A stretch of DNA of 64,000 nucleotides from a virus. Its lineage: Duplodnaviria; Caudoviricetes. Of this stretch, positions 21,482 through 32,768 are shown piece by piece. The notes beneath the pieces were generated by a model. It ran no database searches. It was not told the origin of the DNA and was given only the letters and a program-made list of their open reading frames with translations. The stretch lies in IMG/VR virus record IMGVR_UViG_3300028886_000035, positions 192,001 to 256,000 of that record; one strand, written 5' to 3'. Numbering within the stretch: position 1 is the stretch's first letter; every line of letters starts with the position of its first letter. A program made the position numbers and the translations under genes.

Positions 21482-22003
21482 TTAACACCATAAATCACGG
21501 AAATGTTTAGCAAATAAATTTAATCCTTCTTGAATAGTTTTATTTTCTTCTTCTGTTATATCCATAGAATCTTTATCATGTATTAGATAAAACGATTGTG
21601 CCATTTTATTTATTGTTTTTATCCATTCATTAAACGCTATTTCACCATCTTTGTATTTATCTATAAAATCTTTCGGGATACCTTGTACATTCTTTGTAAA
21701 GCGTATTAGTATATCACCCATTAACAATGATATACTATTATCCAAATCCCATACAATATCATTCATAGAACGTACTTTTAATTTATCTTGCCTATCATGT
21801 AACAAAAATTTTATACAACTAATATAACGATTTTTAATTTGTTTATTATCTTCTTTGCAATTTTTTAATCTTACTCGTAAAATTTCATTTTTCAATTTTT
21901 CTTGTAAATACTTAAAATGCCACTCATTATATGTAGCACTTGCAATGCTTTCTTTACAATAACCTGTTAATTCTTTCCTATAATTATTTATATTATTCTT
22001 CAT
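21482..22003 (-). CDS. conserved phage hypothetical protein
   Basis: WDLD...EGLNLFAKHFRDLW ending typical of a phage family. Confidence 0.6.
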   Translation of the reverse strand: MKNNINNYRKELTGYCKESIASATYNEWHFKYLQEKLKNEILRVRLKNCKEDNKQIKNRYISCIKFLLHDRQDKLKVRSMNDIVWDLDNSISLLMGDILIRFTKNVQGIPKDFIDKYKDGEIAFNEWIKTINKMAQSFYLIHDKDSMDITEEENKTIQEGLNLFAKHFRDLWC

Positions 22004-22593
22004 TGATTTATACCTACTTACATTTTATTTTATTATTAATGATACATCATTTTCTATTTTTTGTCAACAAAAAAGCAGGTATTTAATGCCTGCTTTTGTT
22101 TTACTTATCCATAGACTGTATCATCATAAAAATATTTACAAAAAAACTAACCAATTAAGGTTAGCTTTTGATTATTTTTTCATATCTCTTTCGATAATTT
22201 CAATACGGCATTGATGGTCGGTAAGTTCCTTCCGAATGATTGGTAAACAGCTTGCGAGATTTTTTACCGTCTTTGCCAATTGAAATAACATAATAAAAAG
22301 GAAAATGTCAATCACTATGAAAATTATAGTTAAAGCAAATAAATTTTCCATTAATAAACTCCTATAACAAATATAATATTGTCTCAGTTAATCCGATACA
22401 ATCTTTCGTTCAATTTGTTGACCACGAATTTCAAAAACATTAAAGTCCAATGGATAATTCATATCAACTAACATGTGTGCGATAGCTACATTATCCATAT
22501 CTTTATATTCAGAAGTTTTTAATTTAGCATTAACAACTTCAATTGTATCTGTTTTTTTAATTTTATTATATTCCATTATAATTACACTCCTTA

Positions 22594-22815
22594 TTAATTA
22601 TATGTGGTTCTAATTTCAGATAATTTCTTTTCTAATTCAAGATAACCATCTAGTGTTTCTTGTGAATGTGAATCTTGTTTTCTTAATTCCTTATCCTTTT
22701 CTTCTGCTTCATCTAAAGCACGTCGTAATCCACATATTATTTCCCAAACTCTATCTTGTGCAAGTACTACTTGGTTCATTACATCTGAATCTGCTTTAAT
22801 TAAACGTGATTTCAT
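22594..22815 (-). CDS. small protein with MKSRLIKA tag
   Basis: RBS and N-terminal motif. Confidence 0.6.
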   Translation of the reverse strand: MKSRLIKADSDVMNQVVLAQDRVWEIICGLRRALDEAEEKDKELRKQDSHSQETLDGYLELEKKLSEIRTTYN

Positions 22816-22925
22816 AACATCATTCCTTCTAGCATAATATTTTTATGTGTAAATTTTTCTATATCATCTTCATATGGTTTTTCATTTTCTTCATAATCAA
22901 ATTTATCATTTTGTTCATAGATTTT

Positions 22926-22969
22926 GCGTTGTTTCCTCCCACGATTTTAATCGTGGGAGGAAACAACGC
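22926..22969. repeat. perfect 20-bp-arm GC-rich inverted repeat
   Basis: GCGTTGTTTCCTCCCACGAT-TTTA-ATCGTGGGAGGAAACAACGC. Confidence 0.9.
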
Positions 22970-23039
22970 TCCTCCTTTTTTTTGTGATATTATTAAGAAT
23001 ATAGAAAATCTTAATTCTGCTCCCTTTGTTAGCTTTTTG

Positions 23040-23330
23040 TCACTTCACAATAGAAGTAAAATTAGACAAATTTTCTATTTTGAATACTATTATATCACGT
23101 ACACTTTTCTTAAACCAGTATAGCGTAGATAGTCTATTAATTACTTTGTATACATATACTAGACTATTTTTTCCGTGATAGTTGACATATACACTTCCAT
23201 TTAGCCATACAAAATCAAACTTTGCAAGTTCCTCTTCTATCTCATTATAGGCTTTACTAGTATCTCCATATTCCTTCTTTAGCTCATTAGAATTAAAATC
23301 AAATGAAATTGCATACATGATTTGATACAC
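23040..23330 (-). CDS. vapD: VapD (Cas2-like) nuclease
   Basis: MYAISFD, AYNEI, NGSVY, WFKKSVRDI..FKIE..SNFT; likely start at 23318. Confidence 0.88.
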   Translation of the reverse strand: MYQIMYAISFDFNSNELKKEYGDTSKAYNEIEEELAKFDFVWLNGSVYVNYHGKNSLVYVYKVINRLSTLYWFKKSVRDIIVFKIENLSNFTSIVK

Positions 23331-23450
23331 TCTCTTTCTATAAATTTATTTTATATATAAAGACTTAGGCTATTCAGCAAGGGATTGTGATATTTCTACC
23401 ACAATCCCACGAATTTATTCGTGGGTTACTGAACTATTGAACAATTTATA

Positions 23451-23939
23451 TTATAATTTCATTCTATGCCATTCGTTATCCCAATATTCTTCTTCTTCTT
23501 TTGCTTCCTTCTTTAGAAGCCAACATTGATAATTATGTTCGCGAACATAATTATCAATATCAGGTAAGCCTGAAGCACCTGCATCATAAACCAATTCTTG
23601 AATATTATCATAAGTATTTGGTTTATCACCCATAGCAACAGATAATAATACAATATTATCCATCATTTCACCAGACACATCATCTATATCGTCATTTGTA
23701 TATTTAGGTAAAATTTCACACAAACATTCATAGAAATTATCGCAATCATCTAATGTTGATAATATTTTTTCTTCGACTTGATAATCTGATATTTCTTCAT
23801 ATGCTCTATCTTTATCAATCAATTCCGTAGCAACTTCACTAGCTATTTCAACGTCCTTTTCTGCTGCTTCGCATAGTTTTAGCACATCTTCCCTAGAAAA
23901 TACAATTGGTTTTTCTTCTTCTGCAATTAATCTTTTCAT
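23451..23939 (-). CDS. acidic protein with MKRLIA tag
   Basis: RBS AAGGAG; N-terminal motif. Confidence 0.65.
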   Translation of the reverse strand: MKRLIAEEEKPIVFSREDVLKLCEAAEKDVEIASEVATELIDKDRAYEEISDYQVEEKILSTLDDCDNFYECLCEILPKYTNDDIDDVSGEMMDNIVLLSVAMGDKPNTYDNIQELVYDAGASGLPDIDNYVREHNYQCWLLKKEAKEEEEYWDNEWHRMKL

Positions 23940-23954
23940 GTAAACTCTCCTTTA

Positions 23955-24251
23955 TTATATTTTTTTAAAATCAAAGCATTTTAATATTTCTTGACTGGTA
24001 TTATTTTGTAATGCATATGCAAATTTACTAGCTATTTGTTCCATTTGCATTTTCGTATCACAAATTTTTATATATGTTTCATTTAATTGTGATTGTATAA
24101 ATATAATTTTATTATAATGTCTATCATGACCAAATCCTAAAAAAAATTCTTCTCCTAATTGGCTTACTGCATTAATATATTTACCGTCAAATAATCCCAT
24201 AATAGACGAACGAGACATATCTAAATCTTGCCATTTTACTTGCAATTTCAT
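23955..24251 (-). CDS. hypothetical protein
   Basis: ORF with RBS. Confidence 0.55.
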   Translation of the reverse strand: MKLQVKWQDLDMSRSSIMGLFDGKYINAVSQLGEEFFLGFGHDRHYNKIIFIQSQLNETYIKICDTKMQMEQIASKFAYALQNNTSQEILKCFDFKKI

Positions 24252-24401
24252 ATACTGTTACCTCTTGAAAATTATATTTACCTATACAAAAAATAACTTT
24301 TAGTTTGAAATATATAATTTTTAATCATACATTTTCTATTTATTATATAAATATAATAGGATAAAAAACTAGCTAATAATTAGCTAGTTTTTTTAAATTT
24401 A

Positions 24402-25461
24402 TTAAAAATGCTTAACACGTTCTTCAACTTCATGACGTTTAGCATTATTCCATGTGGTTAAATCTCCTGTAAGATACATCTTACTTTCATAAAATGGACT
24501 ATTTCTTACCTCTGTGGGTCGTTGTGTTTAGTCTCTGCATTTAGATAAATCACATCATATTCATAAATATGTTTTCTATGTGACTTCAATTTTCCTCTCA
24601 TATGTTCAAATGATTTATTATATTCATTACTCAAAAACCTTGCACATTCAGACATTGATTCAAACTTTTGTTTAAAATTTTCTTTCATTAATATGATAGG
24701 TTTCATTCTTATTTTGCGTGCATTACTCCAATTAGTTAATATTACATTAATCATTTTTTCTGTTAATGCACGATTTTTCATTTGTACACTATGAGTCACA
24801 TATCTTAGATTTGTATATTTATTATTATGCGTGTTTCTGTCAATATGGTCTATTTCATAACCTTCAGGTCTATCGCCAAGCCAACATTCTGCAACAATTC
24901 TATGCATTGGTACTCGATGCACTTTACCTTTTAAATTAACAAAAGCTACATAATAACCATTTTTTGAATGATGATAATCTAATATAATTTTAATATGTTT
25001 CTTGGATTTTACATTTCTCAAAATTGTTCCATCATCATTCACTTCATATAAAAATTGTAATGATTTAATTTTTCTAAACTCACGATTAATATGATTACTC
25101 ATATCTCCCTTGATACCTCCATAATCATTTTTTTATTTCTGAACCTTATTAGGTATCCAATTATGGAAACTGTACTATTCAAAATACATTTACAACAGTT
25201 GATGGGCTTTTCTTACAGGGAATAACCCGTGATACGTCTAATTCTCTCAATTTTTGGTTTATCCTGCACATATTTAATATCAATATCTGCATTCTTTTCA
25301 TCTACTTTAGTAATAGTTACTTTTTCAATTACACCATCTTTTTCTTCTTTTTTTTCTTCTGCATAATTCAAAAAGTTTTCTGCGAACTTTTTATCAATAA
25401 CTGCTTCATCTTCAAATCCATTAAATACAATTGTCTTGTTATCAATCTCAAATTCTTTCAT
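24402..25461 (-). CDS. stand-alone glycyl-radical domain of class III RNR (exons 25461-25225 and 24476-24402)
   Basis: spliced product ...KIERIRRITG|YLTGDLTTWNNAKRHEVEERVKHF matches the NrdD C-terminal RxxGY motif. Confidence 0.9.
24477..25224 (-). mobile_element. group I intron inserted after the radical Gly codon
   Basis: exon ends in U, intron ends in G; GCAGAGACUA and AAGAAAUAGUCC P7 elements; removal restores the frame. Confidence 0.9.
24506..25102 (-). CDS. intron-encoded HNH homing endonuclease
   Basis: MHRIVAECW, EIDHIDRNTHNNKYTNL. Confidence 0.9.
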   Translation of the reverse strand: MSNHINREFRKIKSLQFLYEVNDDGTILRNVKSKKHIKIILDYHHSKNGYYVAFVNLKGKVHRVPMHRIVAECWLGDRPEGYEIDHIDRNTHNNKYTNLRYVTHSVQMKNRALTEKMINVILTNWSNARKIRMKPIILMKENFKQKFESMSECARFLSNEYNKSFEHMRGKLKSHRKHIYEYDVIYLNAETKHNDPQR

Positions 25462-25476
25462 ATCATATCACCTTTT

Positions 25477-25857
25477 TTATGAATTTAAAGTTTTCTTTAA
25501 AGTATTGCTAATTTTTTCTTTAATTTCAGGAGAGGGGTCATTTGCTTTTTTCACATTAAGCAAATCATAATCTTTTTCATACATTTCCGTATATAATTTC
25601 TCTAATTTATCTGCTTCATCTTGTGTACTGCAATCTACAATTGGAAGTATATCTAAATCATCAAAATCATATTTACTAATTTGTCTATCAGGATATGTAT
25701 AGTCCCCTGAATGATGTTGAATTAGTCTACGATGTAATGTATTCGTAGTTTGTCCAATATAAATTACATTATTTGTATTCTTATCTACAATTTTATAGAT
25801 ACAGAATTTTTTCTTATATTCTTTTTCCATATATAATTTTCCTTTTTTACGTCTCAT
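25477..25857 (-). CDS. free-standing GIY-YIG endonuclease
   Basis: CIYKIVD..VIYIGQT..RRLIQH..LE..N. Confidence 0.85.
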   Translation of the reverse strand: MRRKKGKLYMEKEYKKKFCIYKIVDKNTNNVIYIGQTTNTLHRRLIQHHSGDYTYPDRQISKYDFDDLDILPIVDCSTQDEADKLEKLYTEMYEKDYDLLNVKKANDPSPEIKEKISNTLKKTLNS

Positions 25858-26020
25858 ATTTCTCGTCTCTGTTTTTAAAATTTATTTATCCATATTTTTA
25901 ATTACATATAATGAAAACATTATATTAACTAATCCAAAGATAAATGCAATCAAACAATATATAAATGTAACATTCATAATTACATCACCTATTAATTAAA
26001 TAGACTTCCGTAATTTTAAT

Positions 26021-29000
26021 TTACTTATCTGTACAACCACAACCAATATCGCGAATATTTACGTGAATATCTGTATCTTCACGAATTTCTTTATATCCGC
26101 AAATTGGGCAAGTGTCTCCATCAATAACTAATGTATTACCACATGAAGGACATCTGTCTACGGGGTGGTTGACTGCAAAGTAATTCATATTCTTATCGTG
26201 CATATATCTAATAACAGTTTCAAAAGCATCAAGATTTTTTAATGGGTCTCCATCCATTTCCAAATAGCTAATTACACCCGCATTACACAACTCATGATAT
26301 GGAGCTTCAATCTCAATTTTCTTTGCAGCTGAAATAGGATAGTAAACTGGAATATGCATACTGTTCGTAAAATATTCTCTATCCGTTACACCTTTAATAA
26401 CTCCATATTTCTTTCTTGTATCGCGAAGGAACGCACCAGCAGTTGATTCTGCCGGTGTCGCAAATAAACTAAAGTTTAAATGCGTTTCTTTCGCGTACTT
26501 ATCTGTCATTTCACGCATATGTTTAATAATTTCATATCCTAACTTACGCGCTTCTTCTGTTTCTCCATGATGTGAACCAATCAATGCTACAAGTGCTTCT
26601 GCCAATCCACAGAAACCAATTGAAATAGATGCTTGTTTTAATACAGGAGCAATTTCATCTGTCCATTTCAATTGTTCACTTGTATACCAAAGATGTTGTC
26701 CCATCAAGAATGGGAAATTATATACATGACGATGACCAATGCGTTCAAATCTCCAAAGAAGATTTTCTTTGCAAAGTTTCATGTATTTATCCAAAAGTTT
26801 ATAGAACTTTTTAATATCATGGTTTGCATCCAATGCCAACATAGGAAGATTAATGGTATCGAATGCAAAATTACCTCTTGATGAAGTAATTGGTTCGCCA
26901 TTCAAATTCATTTGAGTTTTGGTTCTACAGCCCCAGCGTAGCATTTTCTATATCACTATAGGTTCAGACTATATCACATACCTATAATTATAGGCATCTT
27001 TTCTTTTCCACTAACTCAAAAAGTGTACTCTACTTCCGTAGATAGTCGTTTAGCTTTTATTATTAATAAATGTGTTTAATTGTTTTTCTATATGTAGAAA
27101 CATAAAATTTTTTATTTTTGTAAATAAAATATCCACGTTTTATGATTCCATCTACAGATAAATATGATTTATCATAATAATCTGCAAATTGTTTTCTTTC
27201 ATCAAACTCTCTGATAACATTATTTCTATCTTTATCAGAATATATAATTATTGGACACCATGTTGTTTTATAATGATTTTTATGTACTTTTCTAAGACCA
27301 TTCTTAAATGCATGTTTATCATTTTCAGAACGAGTACACCATTCTAAATTGTCATATCTACAATTTAATTTATTTCCATCAATATGATTAACAACAAGTG
27401 TACTATAATTTATTGGTGGATTACAAAAATAATATGCAACTAATCTATGTATAAAAAATCTTTTATGTGGATTAGATAAACAAACACGTCTATATCCACA
27501 ATTATTTTTGTCTCCGATTAATAATCTTCCATCTTTATTTTTAACTTGTCCAAAATTACTAATTAAATATCTTCCATTATAACCTTTAATTTCTTTCCAT
27601 AGTTCTTGCATATTTCACCATTTATAAATAAATTTAGCACTAGATTACCTTAAAAATTTAAGGTTTCCTTGTTTAGAAAAGTTCTTCGATATACATTTCT
27701 GTATAAAGCCACAGGTTTGTTTATGGTTGCAATCTCAGTTCTATAATCATTTGGATTATAATATTGCATATTGTAAGGTGCGTCTTGATTTTCAAAATTC
27801 GCTTAAATAAATTATATTTCTATAATTCGCAGACTATCTCTTTACATCATATTGATGTATATTGCGCTTCCGCATAATTTTATGCGTACTAGGATTTCTC
27901 CTATAGTCGTTACACTTTATTTATTATTTATAATAAATTTTAGCACGGTATTGCCACTATCTATTAAAAATAGATTTAGGTTCTCTTACGAAGTTGCTTA
28001 AAACTTCTACCGTTTTCACAATATGTTTCTTACATTACTGTAAGCCCCAATGTTGTTTAGGGAACAGACGCTTTGCACTTACACGCATAGCTAATTTAAA
28101 TAAATCGTAATTCGGGTCACCAGGGTCATAACTAATACCCTTTTTAAGTCTAAATATAGTTATCATTTATACCGTTACTTTCGTAATATTTTAACCATTT
28201 CTTAAAGAAATGCGGATTAGACTATCTCTTTACATCATTATGATGTATATTGCACTTCCATATTTTAATAATATGTACTCCGTTCTCACGGATAGTCGTT
28301 ACATTTTAATTATTAATGCTAAAGAAATTCCAACCATGATAAGGTTTAAACAGCTTTTTATCCAATCGCAATTTAACACTACCTGGACTGAAATTATATA
28401 TTTTACAAAAATGTACAATTCCATGAATTATCATTAAATCATTATCTGGTGAAATAGCAATAAAATGTTTTGAATATTGTTCTGTGTTTCTATATTTAAT
28501 ATTTATTTCATTAGATATAAACATACAAGTATCTAAAGAATAAACTTTTTGTGATGGTAATAATCCTTTTTGCTTTATGTCTTTATCCAAACATAAAATT
28601 CCATCATTGAATTCTTTTTCATTATATCCATCAATTTTGGATAAATCTTCTAAAAAATATTCAAAACAATGCCATCTATTACAAACAGTAACACCTAATC
28701 CACCATATGAAGAAAAGTCTTTTTTGTTATGAGAATTATAACATCTACTTAACATATTTCTCCATAATGTGCAAGCGCGTTTATTCATTTTTGATGTTGC
28801 ATTTCCCATATATCCAATCCCATATAATGTTGGATAGAATAAATCTTTAATACAACCTTGATTCAATGCTTGCTTCAAAACAGTTCGTTTGCTATGTGTT
28901 CTTAGAAATTCAATTTCATAATAATGATTACCATTTTTTATATAATCATAATTAATTTTATATTCTAATCCTGTATTCGTTTTAAATATTTTATTCATTT

Positions 29001-31776
29001 TCTCACCTCCATTATATTTTATTTTAGCATTAATAAGTCTTAACACGGTATTACCACTATCCATTTAGGATTTAGGTTCTCTTACGAAGTCGATTAAAAC
29101 TTCTACCGTTTTCACAATATGTTTCTTACTGATTAAAGTAAGCCCCATTTATCTAGGGAAGATGCTCGTCTCGCCATGTCCTAATCCTGCTTCTTGTGCA
29201 AGCAGTAAATGCTTCATAGCTAAACGTCCTTCTTCAGACGTATCTAACCCAAAATTTAAGGAACTAAATGGCACTTGAGAGCCAGCTCTCGAATTATGAA
29301 CAAAAATACAATTAGATGTTAAGAAAGTCTCATTGTCTGCAACAGACATATCATAAACATATTCTTCTTCACTATTACTTTCCGTTACTTTTTCAATAAA
29401 TAATGGATATATATGTGAAGCAGGAATGAATTTATTATCATCAATTGCTTTTGTGTCAATAATTTCTTTTTTTACACGATTAAATTTTGGTTTCCTACCA
29501 TCAATATTACGACTTAATAAATTCTTCAAAAAATCAAAATCATAATAAATATATTCTGCTCGTACATTATTTTGATTTAAATCTTTCAAATTCAAACGAT
29601 TTGCAGTATTAGAATTAAAACTAATATCATATCCATTATATGTTCCATAAGACGTTTTCCTGTTATATGTATTGTGAATATGAGACATTTCATTCATTGA
29701 CAAAATCATTAATTGAATTTGAGAACGTAACGTTTCTGAAACAGTTGTAGCCCCAATATATGTTGGTTTTATACTACCATCACATTTAAAATACCCTTCC
29801 AAAAATGCAGATTGAACTTCTTTTGTTCCAAACATAATTTGCATTGGAATTTTTTTCTCATGTGCATTTCTACCGAAATAATATTTAAATGCGTCCGACC
29901 AAACTTTACCAACATTAAATCTTATATCCTTTGGTTTACCATTAGGCATAGAATATTTATTATATGTTACTTTTTCATTATAGCATTCTTTCATTAATGA
30001 TAACAATTCTTGTTCTTTAGTTTCATCACAAGTGGTAAAGCATAATTGACTATCACCAACAATAGAACCTTCTGCAACATAATACCCTGCCAATTTACCA
30101 AAAGAAGGATTTACTACAATATGATTTTCTGTATAATTTTGTTTTGTACGTGAATGGAATTTATCTAAACTAATATCATTTTTCACATTAAAAACAAAAT
30201 TTCTTGGCATTAATACATTTGGTACACTTTCAGGATAATCTTCAGCAATTTTACCTGCGTTATTAAGATACATTACTTTATGATTGTCTGTTGTCGTAAC
30301 TGATGCTCCTGATGTTGTATGAATTGTAATCAATCTACGATGATTATTTTTTCTTTCAATATCAGTAATATCTTTTAATTCTGCTACACCTGTATTTTGA
30401 TTTAATGAAATAGCCTGATAACGACCTTTTTCATAAATCTCATGTAGTTTACCAATTTGCATTACTTTTAATTCTTCTTCTTGTTTATCATAAACAAAAA
30501 TTGTTGAAGAATATGGTAAACAATGCATCGAATTTAGATTGAAAATAACGCTTTCCATAGCTTGATGTGTTTCTTCTTCTACACGCTTACAAGCCAGCTT
30601 ATAAGCATTTTTAAATAGCTTATTTAATTCTTTATCATCTGTTAGTTTATCAATGTTTTTATCATTTTTATACGTTGGATATTCGTTCTGTTTTTGTTTC
30701 AAAATCTCGTCTACAGTATCTTCTGATACATCAGAAACCATAGCAAGGTTTTTAGCACATTCCTCAAATTCTTTCTTAAAAGAACGTCTTACACCTTCTG
30801 CCATAGCTCTATCAAAGTCCTGAATTGATTGTCCACCAAACATGTTATTCTGCGAAGATTGCAACACGATGCAAGCTAAACTTGCAGCAGAACGAATACT
30901 TTGCGGTTCTCTAATATATGAGCTACCAATTTTAAAACCGTCTTTAAATGTCTTTTGTAAATCCACCTGGAGGCAGTTGAATGTTAGCTCTGAAAAATCC
31001 TTGTCCTCTCACAGTAGACAGTTGTCTATTGCAGATTGACTATATCATCTAAGATAGGCACTTCCACATATTTTTAACATATATGTACTCCATAAATGGA
31101 TAGTCGATTAACTTAATTTACAAAAAATGTAAATGTTAGCACAGGATTCTACTTATATAAAGTCATTCCCTGTTAGCACAATTTCTAAATGTCATTTCCT
31201 ACATTTCCTATACGTAAATTGTACACCTGATATTTTATCAGTTCACCTATTTTTTTATCCACAATAAGATTCATGGATATGAATATATCCTGCTCTATGA
31301 GCATCAATATATCTCTTCGGAATAATGTAATTATCATTAAAGAAATTACTTACTGTTGTCCCATAAATTAACATTGAACCCATTGGTTCATCTGATTGAA
31401 TATTAGCATTACTACGTTTGTAATCTGATTCTTCACCAGATTGAAATGTAATATCCATCATTTTTTTCATAAGTTCTTCATGTGTATCACGAATTTTTGC
31501 GTGTTCCGAACGATAAATAATATACGATTTAGCAGTATGTTCCCAATTTGACTTCATGAGAACATTTTCCACTTCGTCTTGAATACTTTCTACTGAAGGT
31601 GCTTTTACATCTTCAAATTTTTCTTCAATCTGACTTACCATCCCCCAAATAATCGAATTATTCATTCTCTTATCTTTGGAATCATTGTTAGCTTTCTTAA
31701 TCGCATTAAATATCTTATGCGAATCGTAGTCAACAACTTTTCCATTACGTTTTCTTACTTTTTGCAAGTGATTCAC
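26021..31776 (-). CDS. nrdD: anaerobic ribonucleoside-triphosphate reductase, large fragment (exons 31776-31273, 31005-29155, 28163-28059, 27799-27723, 26933-26021)
   Basis: ATP cone; junctions restore HIH|DKDF, IFP|ITIF, LFP|NF, ATM|GCRT; TPAES; CxxC-CxxC zinc site; exons total 3450 nt (1149 aa, 739 aa after intein removal). Confidence 0.93.
26934..27722 (-). mobile_element. group I intron (nrdD intron 4) within the Met codon of ATMGCR
   Basis: U/G boundaries, AACGACUA and GAUAUAGUCU P7 elements. Confidence 0.9.
27063..27611 (-). CDS. intron-encoded NUMOD4-HNH homing endonuclease
   Basis: ELWKEIKGY..YLISNFG; HRLVA; VNHIDGNKLN..NLEW. Confidence 0.92.
   Translation of the reverse strand: MQELWKEIKGYNGRYLISNFGQVKNKDGRLLIGDKNNCGYRRVCLSNPHKRFFIHRLVAYYFCNPPINYSTLVVNHIDGNKLNCRYDNLEWCTRSENDKHAFKNGLRKVHKNHYKTTWCPIIIYSDKDRNNVIREFDERKQFADYYDKSYLSVDGIIKRGYFIYKNKKFYVSTYRKTIKHIY
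27800..28058 (-). mobile_element. ORF-less group I intron (nrdD intron 3)
   Basis: U/G boundaries, P7 motifs; core near-identical to intron 2. Confidence 0.9.
28164..29154 (-). mobile_element. group I intron (nrdD intron 2) carrying an endonuclease ORF
   Basis: U/G boundaries, GUAACGACUA and AGAGAUAGUCU elements. Confidence 0.9.
28306..28998 (-). CDS. intron-encoded HNH-like phage endonuclease
   Basis: WRNMLSRCY, YGGLGVTVCNRW, LDKDI, YSLDTCMF; RBS GGAGGTG before 28998. Confidence 0.8.
   Translation of the reverse strand: MNKIFKTNTGLEYKINYDYIKNGNHYYEIEFLRTHSKRTVLKQALNQGCIKDLFYPTLYGIGYMGNATSKMNKRACTLWRNMLSRCYNSHNKKDFSSYGGLGVTVCNRWHCFEYFLEDLSKIDGYNEKEFNDGILCLDKDIKQKGLLPSQKVYSLDTCMFISNEINIKYRNTEQYSKHFIAISPDNDLMIIHGIVHFCKIYNFSPGSVKLRLDKKLFKPYHGWNFFSINN
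29293..30522 (-). mobile_element. intein (410 aa) with DOD/LAGLIDADG endonuclease in NrdD
   Basis: NSMH|CLPYS ... VYDMSV..NETF..FVHN|SRAG; TDNH block B; LAGYYVAEG and FLEGYFKCDG. Confidence 0.93.
31006..31272 (-). mobile_element. ORF-less group I intron (nrdD intron 1)
   Basis: CAU| ... GAGAG|GAC boundaries; CGACUA and GAUAUAGUC P7. Confidence 0.88.
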
Positions 31777-32148
31777 TCCTTTTGACTTGATAGAAATATT
31801 ATATCATCATTACACAATTTATTGTAGTGATTTTACATTAAAAATTCAACTTTATTTTGCGAAATGTTTCATTTTCAATAAAAAAATAAGCTAAAATTTC
31901 ATAAAAATTTCAACTTTTATATTCTTAGAAACACATGAATAATGTTTGTTTGTGATTCAATCACTAAATTTTTTATATATATTAAACGATTATGTTTAAC
32001 TTATTTATTAATTAGAGATAAAAATGAATAAGGGGTATATTAGTAGATTTTTATAATCGTACAAATGAGCCACAAGACTTAGTTCGCGTTGCAAAAAAAA
32101 CATCTAATAAAAAATTAAAAAGAAGTAGAGAATATTCTCTACTTCTTT

Positions 32149-32664
32149 TTATTGAATTATATCTAATTGAATTTGTTTATGTGAATGAATATACCTAATC
32201 GTTTTATTTAATGTTTCAATTCTATTATTAAATTTTTCATCGTATACATCAAGCTCTTTTTTAATTTGTGATTTTTGTTCTTCTGTCATATCGTCCGTAT
32301 AAACGTCTTTACTTTTTTCAATAAATTCATTATACTTACCTTTTGTAACTAAAGCCAAATCAGATAATTCTTTTTCTGCTTCTTGTGAATCAATATTTCC
32401 ATCATTTAAATTTGAGATAGTATAATTGTACATATCCTTATAAACTTTATTCATAAAATTGTCACAATCTTTAATAAGAATATGTGTTTTATCTAATGAT
32501 TGTGCATCTTTATCCAATTGTTCTTTTTGTTCTTGTAATTCTTGTCTTGTTTGAATAATTTCCTCTTGTTGTTTATTTACCTTTTGATTAATTCCAAAAA
32601 ACACAATACACAAAATCACGAATACACAAACCGCAACAAAATTAATAAATCTTTTTTTGTTCAT
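32149..32664 (-). CDS. membrane-anchored coiled-coil protein
   Basis: N-terminal TM helix followed by a coiled coil. Confidence 0.65.
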   Translation of the reverse strand: MNKKRFINFVAVCVFVILCIVFFGINQKVNKQQEEIIQTRQELQEQKEQLDKDAQSLDKTHILIKDCDNFMNKVYKDMYNYTISNLNDGNIDSQEAEKELSDLALVTKGKYNEFIEKSKDVYTDDMTEEQKSQIKKELDVYDEKFNNRIETLNKTIRYIHSHKQIQLDIIQ

Positions 32665-32768
32665 ATAAACTACCTCATTTCTTTAATTATATTATACCAT
32701 ATTTTACGTTCTAAATCAACCACAATTATTTATTATATTGGTAGATATAAAAAAAGGAGTAGATATAA

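Noticed and set aside
23040-23330. cas2 / CRISPR locus
   Set aside because: Motifs fit VapD; no cas1 or repeat-spacer array in the window
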